From: Paramoeba atlantica
Lineage: Eukaryota > Protista > Discosea
NCBI GenBank assembly: GCA_977017575.1
Contig: CDRNVI010000009.1
Location: forward strand, 1-64,000
Direction of reading: 5' to 3'
DNA length: 64,000 nucleotides
A program made the translations under genes and the position numbers. How positions within the stretch are numbered: position 1 is the stretch's first letter; the number at the start of each line of letters is the position of its first letter. Positions 57,318 through 64,000 of this stretch are shown piece by piece. Under the pieces are notes generated by a model. It saw nothing but the letters and a program-made list of their open reading frames with translations, did no database searches and was not told the origin of the DNA.

Positions 57318-59379
57318 CTGTGACCCCCCCTTTAATATGCACACGTTTTTGGGGTTTGTGCATATTAAGGGGGGGGGGGGGGTAAGAGGGGGAAGAACCA
57401 GCCCCTCCGGGAAAAAAATTGCGCCGCTTCGCGGCGCCTTTATTTCCTGTGCGTTTTTCGAACTTGATTGATTGATTGATTTTAAGGGCATGTATCCCAT
57501 AGGGACGTACCCTCCCGGAGATAGCCGGGCACTAATTTTATTATTATTCCAAAATACACTTATTATTCCAATTTTTTTAGTATTCTGCCACCTGAAAGTT
57601 TTCTCAAATTATATTCCATGGATGCCTTTGTGCCTGGCTACATAGAGAATCTTTTGTATCTATCTTTAGAGAATGCACAAGAACGGCGCGGCTACGGCCT
57701 AGGGATCGTAGAAGGCTCAAGCGATGACGATAGTGAAGTGAATTCTGTTTCTTCCGATGAAGAACATGGTAGCGATATAAAAAATGTTAGCCTCGAAACC
57801 CCTGATGGGGTTCTACCACTGATGACGGCAGTGATAACGAGGAAGGTTTGGTTGATTCCAGTGGGGCCCGTAAAGTAAAAGTTGCCAAGCGTTCTAGAGT
57901 CGTTCTAGATTCTCGGAGAAACGTACGCCGCGATGTTCCTTTCGTTGTGAAGCATAAGACTGTTTTCAAAACAGAAATGGCGAACTATGTCTCAAACGCA
58001 CCACAAAGCTATGGCAACAGCACAACAATGGATGAGAAGAACCTTTGGTGAATTATACACAGTGCATTCTAAATCTCAACTAAAAGAGTGGGATGCAGAA
58101 ATCAACCGGCAACTTTCCAGTAACCTAGGCGAGGAACGCCTGCTAAAGCTTAAGTTCTTGATGGTGGATGGCGCCACTGTCAACCATGTTGCCCGTGTGA
58201 ATTGCGAAGGTTTCTTAAAATCCATTTACGATCGTATTGACCCGGTGGGAGAAGAGGACCTAGGAAACATACAGCGCGGAATAAATCAAAAGTACCGTGT
58301 GTCACTATTATCTTGTATAGGACACATGTTAAATAATGTCTGCAAAACGGCGTTTCAACCCTACGAATCGTCTCCAGCCTTTAAATTTAAAAGAAGCTTT
58401 TCGAAGGCCTTTTTTTCATGGGGCAAGGCGAGTGCCACAAAGGGAAAATACAGAGGAATTGCTTTATCCCACTTGCTGGTACGATTCGATTCCAACGTAA
58501 TGCGAGCTGAGGCACTTCTAAAGCAGTGCTACCTGGTTCTTGGAACAATTTCTCCGACAGCATGGAAAACCAATTTGGCGGAAAAGTTGTGCGAAAGCCT
58601 TTGTGTGCTCAAGCAAGTGATACTACAAGAAGTTAGTGAAGTGCAGGAGAAACTTTTGAACCTTGGGGAAAACGATTTCCAGGAAAAACATCGAGTATTT
58701 TCAGAGTGTGGTCCAAAATTTTTGAACACCATGACCAGTGCTCGCATGTAGCATGGCGTCGTTACTCCGAAACTTGGAGGGGTTACTCGCTGGTGCTCCG
58801 ACAAGTTCACGTCCATGGAATTTCTGGCAAACTATTTGCAAACTATTCAGTTATTCATCGAAGAAGCGAAAAAAGGGCCACGAGATTCTAATTCCATTAA
58901 GCGGTGTCAAAAAATCTTGACTAAATACGGCTCACAATGCATTCAGAAGCAGTGTGAAATTTTTTTGAGCGAATGTAGTGAACTACATGCGGCACTCAAG
59001 GAATTTAGTGAAAGCAAGGATACTCCTATGGCCACACACGTTTGCCAAATGTTGGAGCATCTATACGAAATTTCCGAAGGTACAGGAGCACCACAAGGAT
59101 TACGATCATCCCTTTTGCACCACAAGAAAAGACTAGATAAGAATCATAACATGCGTCTCTGGAAACAGGTAATGTGGTTTCGACCAAGTTGGGTTGTCCT
59201 GTTCGGTCGGCCAATACGTCAACATGCTTTGTGATATTGGCGAACTGAAATTTTGTCTGCGCAACCACCGTGAAAAAAAAATATTTTTTTTTTGGGAGGA
59301 AAAAAAGTCCCCTTTCACCAAAATTTGTGCATATTAAGGGGGGGAGGGAAGGGGGTGCATATTAAGGGGGGGGTCACAG
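57318..59379 (+). mobile_element. 2062-bp CTGT-terminated, TA-flanked element
   Basis: ta|ctgtgaccccccctttaatatgcac...gtgcatattaaggggggggtcacag|ta; the gtgcatattaagggggg motif occurs twice at each end. Confidence 0.85.
57618..59250 (+). pseudogene. hAT-like DDE transposase, frameshifted
   Basis: VVLDS, LMVDGATVN, SCIGHMLNN (CxxH) and GVTRW in hAT order, across three or more frames. Confidence 0.65.
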
Positions 59380-59410
59380 TATATACTTTACATTGGAAAA
59401 AGTATTATTA

Positions 59411-60343
59411 AACCCCTCCGCATCAAAAAGGCACCCACCCTTATTTTTCGCACAAGGGGGGCTAGGGGGGTTATCGCACCACTTTATCGTGCAAAATTTT
59501 GAGATCTGTACATTCCCGTTGTCTTTAGGTCATTTCGAAAAATATAAAAAAGTTGAAGGTATGTTTTAAAAAAAAACACTTTTCATGCCAAAAAATACGT
59601 ATCGACTCCCCAGGGGTGGTCTTACAGAAAGTGGAAAAGTGTTATGGCGCATGAGGCTTGGCCACGGGGTTGCGATAAGGTAACTAGCCCGCGGGTTTAA
59701 TGTCAATGTGAAACATATTGGAAAATATTTGAAAAACAATTCGCCTGAAATTCTTTACACTCTGAGCCCTGAAGTAAAAAAAGAATCCAAAGACACTTTG
59801 TTATTCTTCCATCCAACTCAATTACATGTGTTTCGTACATTAAAACATTAAAAAAAGTACCATTCACCACAAACTGTATTTTTCAGCAAGATGGGGCAAC
59901 ACCTCACACTGCGAAGGAAACAAAAGCGTACCTTGATGACAACAAAATGAAATTTTTGAAAAATTAGCCGCCCAACTCCCCCGATCTCTCACCAATAGAA
60001 AGCGTGTGGAGCATGGTACAAAGTCTTGTAGATGAATACAATCCGGCAAATAAAGAAGATCTCATAAAAAGCGTACGTAAAGCTTGGCGTAAATTGTCTC
60101 AAGATTATATTTATGATTGGGTTTTGAGCTTAGATGCTCGCCTCAAAGCTTGTGTGGCGAGTAACGGAGAAAAGGTGACAAAATGGTAAACTTTCTCTAA
60201 AATATACGTATTCGTTTCTTTTTGTTTCATTTCTTCACGCGCAAAGTCTTTATGTTGAGATCTGCAAAATGCAACAAAAATCAGCCCAAACGGACATTTC
60301 GCTGAAAAGTTAAGGGTGGGTGCCTTATTGGTGCGGAGGGGTT
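59411..60343 (+). mobile_element. Internally deleted Tc1-like element, TA TSD
   Basis: TIR aacccctccgcatc..aaggcacccaccctta / taagggtgggtgcctt..gtgcggaggggtt; inside FQQDGATPHTAKET...N*PPNSPDLSPIESVW. Confidence 0.8.
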
Positions 60344-60632
60344 TATAAGCGTATTCTAAAATCTTGAGCATTTGACATTATTAATTTGATTAGGCATTTG
60401 TTCAAAGAATTTTGTATTTCAACATTCGCTGCAATAGTCCGTAGTCATGCTATGTAGTCATGCTAATAGTCCGTAGTCATGCGTTGTTCATTCTATTAAA
60501 TGATAGTAAAACGTCGAGGGGAAAACAAGTGAAACGTCGAAAATAACCATAACAAAAACGAGAGCGCAAGAGCTATGAGTTCCCTAACACAATGCAGAGC
60601 GCCAATAATCCAACATACAGCACGTTTCTCAA

Positions 60633-62177
60633 TTATGCACTCTGATATTCGATAGTCCGCCTGGCGAAAATCAAGAAAGCCGTGTGCGCAATCGTGCCGT
60701 TCCGTGGAACTAACACTCCAGTGGACCTTGATTCAGAATGTGACCCTTTCTCCGAAAAGAAGCCCTTTTTTTCGTCCGTTACAAACGAGTCACACTCTTC
60801 TTCATCGGAATCCTTACCACGTTTTGAACCCCTTCTACCCGTCGTTCTTTCGTCCATGGAGATGTCTTTTCCACTTTCGTCCGCTCTCTCCTGCGAAAGA
60901 CAACTCCTCGATTTTACATTCCGCACCATGGGGTCATAAAACCGCGGCTGACACTCACACACCCGAATCTCCGTAAACAAGGGGTGGCTCCTCAGTGCCC
61001 CCACCACCTTTTGCACCTGTTCCACACACGGGGAGAAGGCACAAAACATCCCCCCCGGTTTCAACCCCCACTCACCTATTCGTGTGTGATTCTCCACAAA
61101 AACCCAAGGCTTGGGGAGATCTAAAAAAATCCCATCCAATGCCTTTTCTCCCCATGCAGGGGCTACCCCCTCTTTTCCCCCCTCCCCTCCCCCCCCTCCC
61201 CCCGCCATCACATCCCCCCAGTAGCACCGCACCACCCCCCCGAGCCCGTGCCGCTCCACCTCCCCCTTTGCGGCCTCATGCCGCCCCCGGTGGAACTCCA
61301 CGGTGTGCACGACCCCGTGGGGGGAGACCGCGCGCGCGAGGTCGTGGGTGAGGGCCGCGCTGCCGGTGCCGGCCTCCAGCACGGCCGCCCCGGGGGGGAG
61401 GCGCAGCCCGGAGAGGATGAGGCCGGCGTCCCGGTCGTGGATGAACTGGGTGCGGGGGGGGAGGGTGAGGCGCCAGAGGGGGGGGGTGGGGCGTAGGAGG
61501 GAGAGGGTGAGGGGAGGGGGGGGAGGGGGGGGAGGGGGGGTCCTGTACCCGTGTTCCCCGGGCTCCGTGGGAGGGGGGGAGGCGGGGGGAGACGGAGGCG
61601 GGGCCTCACGCTCTGTGGGGTTGGGTTGTGGGGTAGTACCCTCGCCCTCTGTCTCCTTGGGTTGTGGGGTCGTACCCTCGCCCTCCATCGCCTTGGGTTG
61701 TGGGGTCGTACCCTCCGTCTCTTTATTTTTTAGTGTCTCACCCTCCGTCTCCTTTATTTTGGTCTCACCCTCCAGCTGTTTATTTTTTGTGGTCCCACCC
61801 TCCAGCTCTTTATTTTTTGTGGTCCCACCCTCCATCTCCTCCGCGTGCTGAGAAGAAGGGGGAGCGGATTGCTGTTGTTGTTGTTTCATTGTTGTCTTTG
61901 AGTCCTTTGATTTTACAGAGGAAACCACAACTTTGCGACGTCGAGAGGGGTGACGTTGGGAGGTTGTGGATACGGAGGGGAAAACCTCCAGAGTGGTGCC
62001 GTAGCGTTGCCCGATGAGCCGGGAGTAGGGGAGGGTACAGCCCCGGATGTGTACGGCGTCCGGGGAGGTGGAGGGCGGTGAGGTCGGGACAGGGATCTCA
62101 ACGCAGTGGACGAAGTTGTAGCCAGAGGAGAGAAAGAGGATGTCACCTGGTTGTACAACACTTCGGGAGTGGAACAT
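60633..62177 (-). CDS. TRM61: tRNA (adenine-58-N1)-methyltransferase catalytic subunit
   Basis: LIGQRYG, LLRPTP.LW..TLP.RTQ, VLEAGTGSAALT, VHTVEFH, IFLDLPKPW, FSPCVEQV, HTAFL. Confidence 0.92.
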   Translation of the reverse strand: MFHSRSVVQPGDILFLSSGYNFVHCVEIPVPTSPPSTSPDAVHIRGCTLPYSRLIGQRYGTTLEVFPSVSTTSQRHPSRRRKVVVSSVKSKDSKTTMKQQQQQSAPPSSQHAEEMEGGTTKNKELEGGTTKNKQLEGETKIKETEGETLKNKETEGTTPQPKAMEGEGTTPQPKETEGEGTTPQPNPTEREAPPPSPPASPPPTEPGEHGYRTPPPPPPPPPLTLSLLRPTPPLWRLTLPPRTQFIHDRDAGLILSGLRLPPGAAVLEAGTGSAALTHDLARAVSPHGVVHTVEFHRGRHEAAKGEVERHGLGGVVRCYWGDVMAGGGGGGEGGKEGVAPAWGEKALDGIFLDLPKPWVFVENHTRIGEWGLKPGGMFCAFSPCVEQVQKVVGALRSHPLFTEIRVCECQPRFYDPMVRNVKSRSCLSQERADESGKDISMDERTTGRRGSKRGKDSDEEECDSFVTDEKKGFFSEKGSHSESRSTGVLVPRNGTIAHTAFLIFARRTIEYQSA

Positions 62178-62271
62178 GGTTAAGTTTATAAGGGTATAGG
62201 AGGATAAGGGGCTTGATTCTACTCGTGGTATACTTTGAATGTCAAAGATAACGCTGTAGGACTAAAATATA

Positions 62272-63053
62272 CAGGGGGGGTCACGAAAACTGTTACACCT
62301 GCCAAATTTGGCCTATGCGGCCGTTTTGGCTAATTTTTGTTGCATTTTGCAGATCTCAGTGTTAATATCGTGTTGAAACCATTCCGAGTACAAGAGTAGA
62401 CGGGGTAGGGTGATTCTTTGGACTCCGAAAACAAGAATTTTATAGTTTTTGCAAATCCTTTTGGCTACCAAAAAATATCATATTTAACATTCTGTAGTCA
62501 ATGGAGCCACCATTTTTGTCCCGCAGCTCTTGTAATCGAGTTGGGAGGCTGTTTATTGCTGATTTTTCCAGCAAGCATCTGTCGAAATTCGTCAGTATCA
62601 CAGGTGTTTTCGCGTGTGTACTTCTTTCGCTTTACATCACCCGTTTCTTCAAAACGCTTAATGTAGCGCGATACAGAAGTGTGTGAACAGTTCTCGAACA
62701 GCTGTCTCGCGCAAAGAGGCCCCTTGGTCCACCTCGTGAGAGCAAACCACCCTAGTGGCATAATATGTTTGCTCCGGCGAAAGCTGGCGACGATTTAGAC
62801 GGGATCGTTTCCCCATTTTCGACAAAAAACAGATCAAAAAAACAAAAGAGGGACTTTTTCTTGCATTTTTGCATTTTTTGGGGGTGAATTTTTCGTATAT
62901 TTTGTACCAAAATTATTGTTTTCGGAAAATCGAAAAGTTGTTGGTTTCAACACGATATTAACACTGAGATCTGCAAAATACAACAAAAATTAGCCGAAAC
63001 GGCCGCATAGGCCAAAATTGGCAGGTGTAACAGTTTTCGTGCCCCCCCCCCTG
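62272..63053 (-). mobile_element. Non-autonomous Tc1-like element, ~110-bp TIRs, TA TSD, residual HTH
   Basis: ta|cagggggggtcacgaaaactgttacacctgcc and inverse; residual SHTSVSRYIKRFEETGDV on the minus strand. Confidence 0.85.
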
Positions 63054-63117
63054 TATTGTCGCATACCATGGTAATGTGGTAAATAATGTGTTAGTTACTG
63101 TGACCCCCCCCTTAATA

Positions 63118-63638
63118 CAGGGGGGTGCAGCTAAATCTGGTGGATCTAAGATTTGTAAACTTTAGAAAATAACAGCGCATTCGAGAGCTCTCGCGAATCC
63201 CTCGGGTGGAAAGTGCGTCGTTTTCCACACCTTGCATAGCGTGGATAAGGTCGAAAACGTCAATTGCAAGCTCTTTTGCACAGCTTACCTCAGAACAAGA
63301 CCCTGTTTTGGCGTACCTCTCCAGACAACGCACTCTACCATCGGTTGCCCAATGAATGGTAATGAGCCTTTTAAGACACTTCCTGGTGAATGGACTCACC
63401 TTTCATTCACGGATACCGAAAAAACGTAAAACAACATGCCAAAAATACAAAAATAATGTAAGATTGCCAGTTTTCTTTTTGCATTTTCGTTATGAAAACG
63501 GTAAGGCTCTAAACGGCGGGAAACGACGTATTTTCCACCAGAGGGATTTGCGAGAGCTGTCCAATGCGCTATGATTTTCTAAAATTAGCCAAGTTTTACA
63601 ATTTTTAGACCCCTCCAAGATTTAGTTGCAATCCCCTG
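63118..63638. mobile_element. Tc1-family MITE inserted at a TA inside a CTGT-family left end (63098-63117)
   Basis: ta|cagggggtgcagctaaatc...gcgcattcgagagctc and inverse ending atcccctg|ta; preceded by ta|ctgtgacccccccc ttaa. Confidence 0.85.
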
Positions 63639-64000
63639 TACTTCGCCCATTTTAAGCAGAAACGAAGTAAGAGGGGGCGCCTGAATTGTTTTTCATGGGT
63701 CTGAAAATTGTTCGCCACTGTAAAAAAACCTTGCCGTTTCGCGGCGCAACTCATCCAGTTTTCATGTCTCACCTTCCATTTCTACCGGCACTGCTATCTT
63801 ATCGATAGTACATACGCCGACCTTTATTAGAGAAAAAAATTAGAGAAAGAAACGGAGAAAAAAAGAAACCGGCAATATTGAAATTTTATGAAAGAATGCT
63901 GGCCCCCACTTTAGAGTCCAAATGCCCAAAATCGGCGGACTCTTAGGTAGAGGGGTACAGCAAGAGATTTTTTTTTGATTGAATTGACTTTGCCATTATC

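Noticed and set aside
1-64000. tRNA, rRNA, snoRNA, or Fanzor/TnpB cargo in the Tc1 elements
   Set aside because: No cloverleaf, rRNA or box C/D cluster, and no RuvC motif set was recognised by eye; tRNAscan-SE, Infernal and HMM searches would be needed to exclude them.

Overview
Eukaryotic, intron-free, transposon-rich region. Every recognisable host gene lies on the minus strand, and several have a polypyrimidine tract and AG upstream. This resembles a kinetoplastid-type polycistronic, trans-spliced gene cluster; the taxon is inferred, not proven. Host genes: a PAM2-motif low-complexity protein that runs off the left edge and is missing from the ORF track, a SKP1-like protein, a 482-aa orphan, a PTB/hnRNP-L-like RRM protein with a probable frameshift, a 1360-aa protein with two atypical CCCH-like domains and a 13 x 27-bp repeat, TRM61, and 13 members of a small LRR-only family (11 intact, 1 split by a MITE, 1 with a single nonsense codon). 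Between them lie an apparently intact Tc1-like element (104-bp TIRs, TA TSD, DD32E spacing) and related MITEs, a 5'-truncated CRE-clade RT-RLE retrotransposon, tyrosine-recombinase retroelement remnants, and Merlin, pogo-like and hAT-like pseudogenes, with several nested insertions. Strongest leads: (1) a CTGT-ended, TA-flanked element family, one member of which is filled by a hAT-like transposase; (2) a mosaic, surface-variable LRR family; (3) a duplicated C-x9-C-x17/22-C-x3-H domain. All coordinates and alignments were read by eye.
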